DNA of 64,000 bases from the human T2T-CHM13v2.0 reference genome, Homo sapiens. Positions within the stretch are counted from its first letter, which is position 1, and the number at the start of each line of letters is the position of its first letter. The position numbers and the translations under genes are program-made. The DNA is taken from the NCBI RefSeq assembly GCF_009914755.1, contig NC_060934.1, one strand, 5' to 3'. Below the pieces are notes generated by a model, which ran no database searches, had not been told where the DNA came from, and was given only the letters and a program-made list of their open reading frames with translations. Shown piece after piece: positions 51,537 through 64,000 of the stretch.

Positions 51537-52870
51537 AAGACCATCTTTTTTATTTTGAATTGCAAAACTACAAAAACACAAATAAGTGATGACAGTTCAT
51601 TACATGTTCAAAAGATAGAGCTCACAATTGTTAAAATTTCTTCTTTCTTCTGAAAATCAATATATTGACTGATGTTATTTCATACTGAAGAGAAAAGGAT
51701 ATTTATAAAACATCGTACAACAGTGTTTCAGGAACTTCAGAAAAAATAAAATAAAAATGAAAATTCCCAGCCTTGTTGTATGGTACTAAGAAATCTGAAT
51801 CATTCCGATAAGCATCTGAATATCAAGTGCTTATTCCCACTGAACTTGTTGCAATTCACCACTCTCTTCTGCATGTGCGATGCAATGTGATTGTGCCTAG
51901 GGTGGATTTCTTTGAGCACTGAATAATTTCTTTGCACTCTAGTCTTCAGTGCTGATTAGTTCTTTCTACTTCGACTTGTTCATACAAAGGATGCCTTGAC
52001 ATAAAGAAAGCCTAGAAACACATAACAAAAAAAAAAAAAGAAAAAAAGAAAAAAAAAAAAGAATTATGCAGTTAAAATAAAATTCCAGAGATTTTCATTA
52101 TCACACCCTGTCTATACATAAACCCATATATAGTCCCAGGGAAGGGCTGATATATTTAACTATGTGAGTAAGATCTTTTTAATTAAAGTGAATGTAGCCT
52201 TTTGGTCTACAAAATAAACAATCTTACAATAGGAAAAATGCAATCTGTCGAGACATATTTGAGTTATTTTGCAGTAATTGGCTTGGCAACAGCTTCAGTC
52301 ACAGATTTCTGTTTCACAGATTGCCCCCAAATGAATAAAGGTTTGCTTTGAAATGTAATTAATATTACGTTCAACTGTAAGACATTCTCAGGTTGTCAAA
52401 GGAATTTGAAGGAGGTAGCTACAAAAAGTGAACAAAATAAAAGTGAAACTGAAAAGTAAATTAAGTCAAATTAACATACACAAAGTAAACTGGACCAATA
52501 CCAAATGCCCACGGCATGAACCACATTTTACCTTCAGTTCAATCTCCTCTCAATGTTGAAATTATGCAGGTGGCTAAGTAATTCACAAGGTATATGTTTA
52601 TTGACAATGATTGCCTCATTTTATCATTTAATCATGAATGAGTGTGGGGAATGAAAATGCTATTCTATCCTCCCCTGACATGAAACAGATCTGCAACAGG
52701 GCTGCACTCTGGAAGTTCGGATCTCTGAATTCAATACTCATTAACCAGTATCACTTTCTTCACATTAATAATCAGTCACCTGCTTATAGTAGGTCATTAA
52801 ATAAATAAATATTGAGTTATATGGGTGAAGTGCATCAATATTACATTAGTTTTTTTTACTTTTTATGTAG

Positions 52871-53219
<349 letters not shown>

Positions 53220-53448
53220 TGCAAGTCCAACTATTCTATTTCGGTAGGAGATATGGGCCCATAGGAAATACTGAGAACAAACAGAGAACATACTCACAGT
53301 TGGTTCCCCTCAATGGTGTCAAAACTACTCACTATATTTAAAACATCCAGGTCCATGATATCCCAGCAATCAAATATAAGTAGTATTAATTGCATACACT
53401 AGAGGAATCTTAAATGTATTTTCTCTCTCTTTTATTAGGAAATCAGTA
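53220..53448 (+). repeat. Local direct duplication, copy A of 56798-57026
   Basis: tgcaagtccaactattctatttc...gaaatcagta, about 92% identical by hand alignment. Confidence 0.95.
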
Positions 53449-55994
53449 AAGACATTTGTATTTATTAGTCCTTAAAGAGTTGACTATGGTAGTTAATATA
53501 AATTTAGAAAAAAAGTTATAATTTACAAATGAGAAAGTAGGGTTTATTAAAGAATAAACAATGATTTTTTTTTTTTTTGCATCTGTCTTACCTGGCATTA
53601 GAGATGCAGTTTCTTGTAAGCCTTACAATATCTCTTAAAAATATAAAATTGCTTCACAAATCAACAGAAGGTTGGTGATTTTGCAGATGGGCATTTGTGT
53701 TGAATAATTATTTTACTCTATGTTCAAATATTCAGATTTTTTCTTATTCATGATTAACCTTGTCTTTTGGTGATGTTTATTGTTATTATTATGTGAACTT
53801 CAATTAGCTTCAACCTGTGATACTTGGAAAATTTGATAATCAACACAAAGAAGTTTGGGAAAGAAATTTTGAGGGGAAAGAAAAGGGAAAAGATTGGAAA
53901 TGTGGCTTACTGTATATTCTAAATCTGGCTGAAAGACCAGCTTTTGAACAAGCTGTTATTTTCCACATGGGAGTAGCATTGCTACAGTAAAATGCCAGAT
54001 TTCATCCATCATAATGTCATGGCTCATATTAAAATGTCTTCAGGGACCTAAGGGAGGGATGGGCAAAAGACATCAAATCAATTTTCAGGCAATTGCTATG
54101 GTTTTCAGAAACTAAGCCCTATGTGATAGTGTTATGACTACACAAAGGGAGGTTATAAATAAGGTCCATACATCAAGGGAGGAAGTAATTTAGAAAAAGA
54201 AAGCTGATTTGACTTTTGTGTGAGTCTGAACATATGGTTAGGGCACAGCTGGGTTATCATTCTATACATTCTTACAAGAGAAAAGAACCAAATCAACACT
54301 TTGGAGAAATGAACCTATCACCACAGTCTTGAACCTGAAACCCTCAAAACCATCTATCGTTCTTCATCAGTTGAGAAGGACTCAAGGTTATTTTGCATTT
54401 GTTTAAGGTAGTATTTAATCACAAGAAAATCCAGTCAAGTGTCATTATTTGATGACCTTGGTAGCTTCGAACTAATCTTTATATGAAGGTGTCTTTTCCA
54501 TAGAACAGGAATTGGCTCAATTAAGAGAGATCTGTGATGTAGTCAGACTTTCATACGTGAAATTCCTTCTTCTTGATTGAGCAGTTCATTGTTAAATCTA
54601 TAAGCTCTAAAGTGCTACAGCCTATATTTGCCACAGCTGCCTCTACTCTATAAAGAGCCAGTCTGTCTTCCAAGAAGTTAATCATCATGAAATGAGTCTT
54701 GGGTGTAAAAATTAGGAAGGGTAAGTGGGGAAGAACCTTGTGAAATTTCTGTGCATTTATTTGACTGGAGAAAAGAAGTTAATGATGTGACATGATCTTA
54801 CCAGCAGAATAAAAATTAAAATCTAAATATTTGTTATATTTCCATATTCTATTGAGAGACTTTAATTATGGCAATATATAAGATAACTGTATATTCCTTA
54901 TAAACTATAGAGTCACAACAAATCAGCATAGAGCATAAAATTACTTCCACCACTGTAATTAATATATTTACATTTCTTGCCATTTAATTTGAAGAAATAT
55001 GTCTCTATAGCGGTACTAATCTTCACATGTTCTGTTCCTCAAATCATTATGTGTTGGAAGAAACTGTGTTTCAGTTTCCTGACCATCAAAGTACATTAGT
55101 GAACATTCCTACCCTAACTGAAGGGAAATCATATTTTAGAGGGTATATAACACCACATTAAACTATGGAAAACAAGGAATAAAAACATGATATGCTTTTA
55201 AAAACTATAACATGTGCAGAGATGGTTAATAAGGAGCTTAATTTTGGGGAGCAGCCAAACTACACAGATTAAGAAAATGAACTGTGTCAAAATTTTGCAA
55301 TAAGCAGCTCAGTTGCAAATAGCTGTAATACTCAGCTACGCTAGGAAACAAAAGATATTTCTTTAGACTTTTTAGTTAGGCTGTATTCACATCCAAATCA
55401 GGAACTAGGAATCACAGACTCTGAGATGTCAAAATTAATCAAGGAAGTCCAAATAGTTTTGAGTCAATATAGATGTCTAGATTAATTGAGTATAAACAAG
55501 TTTCTATTATTTATCACAAAAATGAATGTTTGATGCACCATTAACACTAAAGTAGTTTTTGCTTTGTTTAATTATGGAGTCATTTGTGATTCTTTTTTTT
55601 ATTTTAGTAGATTGATGCAATATAATTTTAGTCTTGTGCTCAACAGAATAGATTTATTTGAAATGCATTTTTGTGTATATATTTAGTAGCAAATGCAGTA
55701 CACTGAGTTAAGTACACTTGAGCCCAGTTATTAATTTATGAAGAAGAGGGTTGGGAAAGAACAGAGCTATTTTACAGAAACTCTTGATAAAATCCTCTGG
55801 AAGAAAATCAACCAAGGATCCAACTATTTGGTTTACCATTTTATTAATATATCTATTCTAGGTTTTCTATGGGCAGCAGGAAACCTGTGAACTGCTGGAG
55901 TTACCACCATTTTACGCATTAACTTTCGGTGCAAGATACTATAACAAGTGCTGAGGCAACCAATAAGAATAATGAGTATTATTATTATTAATTA

Positions 55995-56200
55995 TTACTG
56001 CTAAAGTTTATTGAGTATCCCAAGCACTGTGCAGCCCACATTCAGTGAATATTTGTAACAACACTTTGAGTTAGTAACTATGATTATCTCCATTTCACAG
56101 AAGGGGAAAGTACGATTTTGAGAGCTTAAAGGACATGGCTCAATTTTACGAAAGTAGTAAGTGTGAGAGTGAATCCAGGATTCTTTGACTCTGAAATGGC
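55995..56200 (-). mobile_element. MIR SINE
   Basis: tttattgagtatcccaagcactgtgc...attatctccatttcacagaaggggaaa...gaatccaggattctttgactc. Confidence 0.75.
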
Positions 56201-56486
56201 TGGCAGTCCCAGCTCCTAAAGAGCCATAGCTAATGAGATCAGGGTTATAAAAGGAATATATAACTCAAATTGGAACATCTTGGAAGTCATAGAGAAAAAA
56301 ATTGAACAATTGAAGGCTAATCATGACCTTGTGAGGAAGTTCCCATTACACTGTTACTGACATATCTTTGAGAAAACCCCACAGATCTTTCTAAGTTTCT
56401 ATTTGATATGTGGAAATGTTTCTTCCATCCCTTCGTCATTGAAAAGAATGTTGACTCTTCGGCTAAAATCTCATTGAATGCCTTTC

Positions 56487-56797
<311 letters not shown>

Positions 56798-57026
56798 TGC
56801 AAGTCCAACTATTCTATTTCAGTAGGAGATATGTGTCCATAGGAAATACTGAGAACAAATAGAGAACATAATCACAGTTTGTTCTCCTCAATGGTGTCAA
56901 ATTACCCACTATAATTAAAACATCCAGGTCCATGATATCCCAGCAATCAAATACAAGTAGTATTAATAGCATACACTAGAGGAATCTTAGATGTATTTTC
57001 TCTCCCTTTTGATTCAGAAATCAGTA
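56798..57026 (+). repeat. Local direct duplication, copy B of 53220-53448
   Basis: Direct sequence match to 53220-53448. Confidence 0.95.
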
Positions 57027-58158
57027 TTAAGTGTCTTGGGGAGAAAGGTGTTTTATCTCTAAGAAAGGAGCAGTTTTACTCACTCTACTGAAGGTCTCTT
57101 ACAAACTTTGATATGTTTTACAATTTAAACTTTTTAAGCTACCGAGAAGCATGAAAAAAAATATATATATGTATATATCTCACTTCCGTTTTTGCTAGGA
57201 AACTCAAAGAGTCTATTTTATTTTATATAGATGACCCTTTCCAGGAGTAGGATTATCCTAATGAGTGGTAAGTTACACATGGCTTAAAACTGGGGGATGA
57301 TAGTCTCTCTTAGCTTCTTGGTTGATGTCTTCAAGGCTGACATTGGCAGGTTAAATTTACAGTTATTTTACAGTTAAAGTTACAGAAATGCAATTACATT
57401 TGGAAATCTCATTAGGGTTTGCATTTCATAATCACCACCTTCCTCTCCCCTTCAGAATCACACAAAGTCATTTTATTCTCCTTGGCTTGATGGCTCCACT
57501 GTCTTTGGTTCTCTCTGGCAGTACCTGCACCTTGGCCCCGCCCTTGGCAGCAGTCAGCTCTTACCCTTTGTTCTTTTAGGCAAGGTTATTTCAGTTCATC
57601 TTTGACTGCTGTGTGCCACTCTCTGCAGGCTCCTTCCCATCTAATTTTCCATTTGTTTCCTCTTCAAAGGCTTCTTCATTTTCACTGTTCCAGACTAGAT
57701 TTGTCTGTTTGGAAAGATTTATTCTCCCCATCCCATTATTCTTATTATAATTTAGCATGCAAGGCAGAGTGCAGCACTGGTACTTTTATAGTAGAACTCT
57801 TAAAGGCATGCACATGGATAAAAAAATGAGCAAACACACTTTAAAAATATGCAGGATTTCAGTCGTTTTAATTCTGAGCAGACAACTTTGATCCCGGCAA
57901 CCCTTGGGATCAGAGAATTTTTTTATAGTGAGAATGGTTTCTTAATCCATTTACTTTCTACTCCTTCTAATGTTCCATCCCATATAATTCCTCTATTTTC
58001 ATTGACCAAACCCTTTACTGCCACCTCATTCTTTTCAGTATCTGTAGTTGAAAGTATACAAATTTAGCTTGGATGAATGTTGAAGAATATGTTCAAAAAA
58101 AAACTTTAGAGATAGTTTTTCAAGAGTACATTATATGCCATGCACAAAATTGTAAGTT

Positions 58159-58606
<448 letters not shown>

Positions 58607-59948
58607 ATTTTTCTTAATCACCTGCCTAACTGAAACCAAAGTATTGCACACATGAGTTTCAGTTTATTATGTCTCTCAAAATACCCCTAAGTAACTACTG
58701 CTTTATTTTAGGGGTAATAGAAATTAAACTAGTTATTTTCTGTGTATTATCTGTTTTCTATATTTAATTTATAGTCATATTAATAATGAACTGCAAATAA
58801 GGAACACTGAGCACATAGCACTTTTTCTTGGAGTTTGGTTAAATAGTAATTTATGTATATAAATGTAATAAATTTCATAACTTGATGTGTAAAATGTGCA
58901 TACATACCATGGTTATTTACACACAAGGAAAGTGAGTGTGTTCACTTATTCCCTACCTTGCCTATGGCTGAGTGTGGAGGATAAAGAAATCTAATCAGGG
59001 AGACCACCTCTTCTTTACTATTCATAGCATTGACACATTCCTGTTATTTTAGAGCCCTCAAAAATGTACATACATACTTTTGCATTCACTGAATGGAAGT
59101 CAGTGGAGACTGGGAAGGAACATAGTCTTCATTACATGAAATTTTACATTCTTAGCAAAATTTTCAAAAGATATTCAGATACACTTGTTCTGTGAAGAAT
59201 GAGAAAGTGAGCTAACAAGGAAGACAGAAGAAGACTGCATGGCAGTGGAGCAAGAGCAGTGGGCTGGAGGACCTCCCTGCAGGGTTGTGAGACTGCTCTA
59301 GTGGCCCCTCATTTACGACAAGTAGAGGACTTGGGGAGACCACAGGATTTCCTGAATTGCCTGAGTGTTACCAATGGAGATAATACCATTAACCCTGTCT
59401 ATGCAAAAATCTGGCTCTTATAATTAGCCCTTCATTCTGAACTTGGAGGAGTTCATATGCTTAATAAACTTCATCTCCACAACACTGGTCTCCACTGGCG
59501 CAGCAAAACCTTGCTTAGGGGACCTTCAGGAAGGGTTTTATGACTCAATTCTACACTAAAAATTTGCCAGAATCCTGCAGGATGGGACTGAAAAAGCATG
59601 AAATCTTTCAAATATATGGAATTAATTTCTTATGAAATTTTCTGTTGTCAATATGTTGAGAATTTTTCCTTTTTAACAGTGTACAGTAAGTCTCTAAAAG
59701 AGTCAATGGTAACTATGTTTGGTAAGAAGGTGTATTTATTTATTTATTTGTTCTTTTGGAGGTGTATTTATTTTTACACTATGTGTGTCTTTTTTGAAAA
59801 GGCTCAACTAAAATGGTGGCTTAGGTTGAATAATATTTAAGAAAGTGGAAGTGAATTATATTAGGAAAAAAAAAATGCCCCTTTGTAATGAAAACAAATC
59901 CTCCTGACCTACTTATTTAAATTTAAATCCAAGACCCATTTATTAGTC

Positions 59949-60112
59949 TAGTGGTTCTCAACCCTGCTGCATGGAGCTCTTTAAAATTACTTATCTGCAG
60001 ACCTCACCCCAGGCAAACTAAATTAGAATCTTAAGGTGTGGAGCCCATGTCACAGCATTTTTTAAAAAGCTCCTTGATGGTTCTAATGGGCAGCTTGGTT
60101 TGAAAACAATTG
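59949..60112. mobile_element. MER5A/B MITE
   Basis: agtggttctcaaccc...aaattagaatct...aaaagctccttgatggttctaatgggcagcttggtttgaaaacaattg. Confidence 0.7.
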
Positions 60113-60169
60113 ATCAGGCGTTTTCTAATCCATAACTTTCAAAGAAATAGTATTCCAGAAGTTTGTCTG

Positions 60170-60365
60170 TTGAGCAGTTGTTTACATTTGGGAATACATT
60201 TTTTCAAATGAACAATGTTATACATGGTGTTTAATTCCCCAGGCCTTTCCATAAAAGCTTAATTAAGCTCAATGTATCTGAAGCTTAGTACTCTGCTAAT
60301 GGAATTATAGAACTTAATCACCATGTATAACAATGTTTCTGCAAAAGCAGACTCAGAATTCTAAT
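60170..60365. mobile_element. Ancient Tigger-type palindromic MITE (Tigger15a/MamRep434-like)
   Basis: aacaatgttatacatggtgtttaattccccaggcc...aaaagc, and inverted copy gaacttaatcaccatgtataacaatgttt. Confidence 0.55.
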
Positions 60366-60634
60366 GGGGAAGGGGAAGAATAGAAAAAGTACCACTGCCT
60401 ACAGCCCAGCCAGAAATTGCTGCTCTCCTGTTCCCTCTATTGTCCCCGTGCCACCACCACCACACACGTGACTCTCCTCATAGTCATCTAGGGGGTTTGA
60501 GGGTCCCAAATAGCGTGCTCCTGATGCCTCTGCTTTTCCCTCACCAAGTAAAAATTAACCTGCCAGCTTTCATTCCACTGCTGCAACTATTGCTACTGGA
60601 CAGGAGTCCCTTCCTTCTCTGGATGCAGACATAG

Positions 60635-61023
<389 letters not shown>

Positions 61024-61419
61024 CTTCTTGCCTTTTTTAAGTGATAGAGTTGTTTCCCACTAGCAATGCAAATCAGACAATGGATACAAATAATCATTTT
61101 TTCCTGTGCTCATTCCTCCCCATGAATTTTTTTCACTTCTGCCCTATAAGCACAAAGTCCATATGACTTATCTTCCAAAACAGGCCACTTTTAAAAAGTT
61201 AAAGTAGGGGCTAAATACTTGCTCTGGGACAATGGAAGTAAACCAGAACAACCCTCAGTGAAAAAGAATTTTTGTTCTCCCTAAAAATGGGCTTAGGACA
61301 CACAAAGGATTGAGATAAGATTCATTAGCATTTTATTATACATTCTAAATGCTGGCAAGGGAATGTCAGCAAAAGCTTTCAAATAAAGAGGAGGAAGGTT
61401 GTAGAGGGGGTGGTATTTC

Positions 61420-61848
61420 TCTATTAGTCCATTCTCCCATTGCTGTGAAGAAAGACCTGAAACTGATGAATTTAGAAAGAAAAGAGATTTACATGGCTCA
61501 TGGTTCTGGAGGCTTTACAGGAAGCATGGTGCTGACATCTGCTTGGCTTCTGGAGAGGCTTCAGGAAGCTTCCAATTATGGCAGAAGGCCAGCAGGGAGC
61601 AGCTGGCTCACATGGTGGGAGCAGGAGCCGGAGAGAGTGAGGGGGAAGGTGCCACACACTTTTAAACTACCAGATCTCCAAAGAACTCACTCACTATCAC
61701 AGAGATAGTACCAAGGGGCATGGGGCTAAACTATATATGAGAAATCCACTTGCCATTATCCAGTCACCTTCTACCAGGTTCTACCTCCAACATTGAGGAT
61801 TGCATTTCAATATGAGATTTGGGTGGGGACACACATCCAAATTACTAG
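61420..61848 (-). mobile_element. MSTA MaLR solo LTR
   Basis: tattagtccattctc...tacaggaagcatggtgctgacatctg...gtgccacacacttttaaac...atgagatttgggtggggacacacatccaaa. Confidence 0.88.
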
Positions 61849-63180
61849 TTACTATTATCAGTGATCTCTATACTGAGGGTAAAGAGGGAAAATAAAATAG
61901 GGAATAATCTCTTTATGTATTTTTCCCCTTGCCACCCAAGTCACCATACAGGCCCCACAGCCCTGGGTTGTACTGTCATTCTATCATGAGATGGAGTGGA
62001 TAGGGAGGTTCAAGGGGACAGGGTGAGGAGTGGAGAAGATCTTACCTAAGGGTAGTGTGTTAGTGGAAACAAAATGCAGAAGAAAACATCCAGAGGAGTT
62101 ATGAGACCTGAAAAGAGAATTTTTATAGTCATGGAGCCGCTGAGAAATATTGTGGCTATCTTAGGGGAGGAGGGCATTCTTTTGTAGAGAATAAAACTGG
62201 GCGAGACCAATCAAATCGAGACCTGTTGATACAACCTGAATGTTCAGAAGTGAATACATAGAGTCTTGGAAAATTGAGAATTTTTTTATATTATTACCAC
62301 TGTTCTTCATTCAAAAATACTAACATTTATTTAGCTGGGTTTCTGTTTCTTATTAACCAGATGTCTTCCCATGTCCCCTCTTTCCTATTGTATGCATATG
62401 GTTGGCATCTAGTTAGTCCAGCCGCACTAACAGTATCTGGTGTCTCCAGTTCGACTGGCAGAGAGTCCATCCCTACTTATGTGGACATCCGCTGGAGGAC
62501 ATTTCTATCCCTTTCTATGTAGCAAAGATGGGAAAAGGGAGCAAGGGAAATCAGTGTGTGAAATGTCAACCTCGTGGCATATTGATTTTTTGGATTTATT
62601 TATTTGTACCTCTGGGAATCTCACTCATATGACACTTGGCACAATTACTCATTCAACCTTATGTACTGGGATTTTGAATGTCTTCTGTTTTTGAGCCACC
62701 TGGCAATATGTCCAATATGATTGATCTTGTCATTATTTTCTTTCACTTTGAATTTATGATCTAATGATCAATTTTGTGGCCGGGGAACATTTGAAATTGA
62801 GCTGATTCACTCTTCTTTTTTTCGGCCCCATTTTCCTCACGATACTCCCACTAAGACCTATGACAACCAAATCACATCTTTGGCCCGTGTAAAAAATTAA
62901 TTATTAATATTAGAAATGACTATATTCTGTTATTTAATATGATTACACATAATCTGTCTTTAAAATTAAAAAAATATAATATTATGTTAATTTTATTAGA
63001 TTTCTAATAAAAATATGTCAAATGACTACAAACATCTGAATTGGTAGAATGCATAAAAATAATTTCAAAATAATATTCAACTATTAAAAATAGCTATTAA
63101 GTAGTTATTATCTGATAGACACTTTAAACTTTTTGTAAATGTTTTATTTAATCTTCATGATTGATGGGGTTCAGGACATG

Positions 63181-63509
63181 AGGTTTGGATAATAATACTA
63201 AAATACACAACCTCAAACTCCATAATCCTAAATGTTGAAATCCCAAAGGATCAAAATCCCTAAAGTCTAAAATCCCTAACATCTAAAATCTCAAAAATCA
63301 CAAGCACAGAATAGTTGCATCATGTTATGTGGAACTATTCCTTTGGTATTGCCTTTATTTATATAAATTAAGTATGGTTTAAAAAGATGCCTCTGGGTGC
63401 CAAGTTGACAAGGTGTAGACTTATGGACTTAATTTGAGGTGCCAACTTGACTGGATTAAGAAATGCCTAGAAACCTCATAAAACATCATTTAGGGTATCT
63501 GTGAGGGTG
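63181..63509 (+). mobile_element. Ricksha (MuDR) 5' part carrying captured ERVL 3' end and MLT2 LTR start (Ricksha_c-like)
   Basis: aggtttggataataat...aatgttgaaatcccaaaggatcaaaatccctaaagtctaaaatccc; then ttaagtatggttt...gggtgccaagttgacaagg...caacttgactggatt...tctgtgagggtg. Confidence 0.8.
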
Positions 63510-64000
63510 TGTATTAGTCAGAGTTCTCTAGAGGGACAGAACTAATAGGGTATCTGTATATATGAAAGGGAGTTTATTAAGGAGAATTGACTCACACAAT
63601 CACAAGGTAACATCCCACCATAGGCTGTCTGCAAGTTGAGGAACAAGGAAGCCAGTGGCAGATCAGTCCAAGTCCCAAATCCTCAAAAGAAGGGAAGCCA
63701 ACAGTGCAGCCTTCAGTTTGTGGCCAAAAGCCTGAGAGCCCCTGACAAACTACTGGTGTAAGGCCAAGAATCCAAAAGCTGAAGAACTTGGAGTCTGATG
63801 TTCGAGGGAGGAAGCATCCAGCATGGGAGAAAAATTAAGCCTGGAAGTCTGCTCTTCCATCTTCTCCTGCCTGCTTTATTCTAGCCTCACTGGCAGCTGA
63901 TTAGATGGTGCCCACCTAGATTGAGGGTGGGTCTGCCTCTCCCAGTCCACTGACTCAAATGTTAATCTCATTTGGCAGCACCCTTACAGATACACCCAGG
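63510..64000 (-). mobile_element. MLT2A/B ERVL LTR (runs off the window edge)
   Basis: tgtattagtcagagttctctagagggacagaactaatagg...gaagaacttggagtctgatgttcgaggg...cccagtccactgactcaaatgttaatctc. Confidence 0.92.

Noticed and set aside
62991-63012. 10-bp-arm hairpin ttttattaga-tt-tctaataaaa
   Set aside because: Short and low-complexity; expected by chance in very AT-rich sequence

Overview
AT-rich hominoid (human or great ape) intergenic or deep-intronic DNA. The taxon call rests on an SVA, AluS elements and primate L1PA and LTR families. No protein-coding exon, RNA gene or CRISPR array can be supported. The listed ORFs are Alu, SVA, L1, MaLR or simple-repeat artefacts, apart from broken pieces of a near-full-length Tigger1 transposase at 37.5-40.0 kb. 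A large share of the window is recognisable transposon debris: L1M, L2, L3, MIR, about 12 Alus, an SVA, MLT1/MST/MLT2/MER50/MER74/LTR16 LTRs, and MER2, MER6, MER47, MER104, MER5, Tigger and Ricksha DNA elements, often deeply nested. I found no evidence of a new multi-gene system. The most interesting signals are: (i) a MER50-family solo LTR with YY1, ETS, NRF1 and TATA motifs and a non-canonical poly(A) signal, lying in a zone of anomalous CpG retention (candidate germline or placental promoter); (ii) three short local direct duplications, two with readable repair or recombination mechanisms; (iii) an L1PA fragment carrying a 20-nt 3' transduction; (iv) a triplicated CCAAT module in an MLT2 LTR; (v) several unexplained palindromes. 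Repeat subfamily names come from recalled consensus sequences, not from a search, and boundaries of old repeats are approximate.
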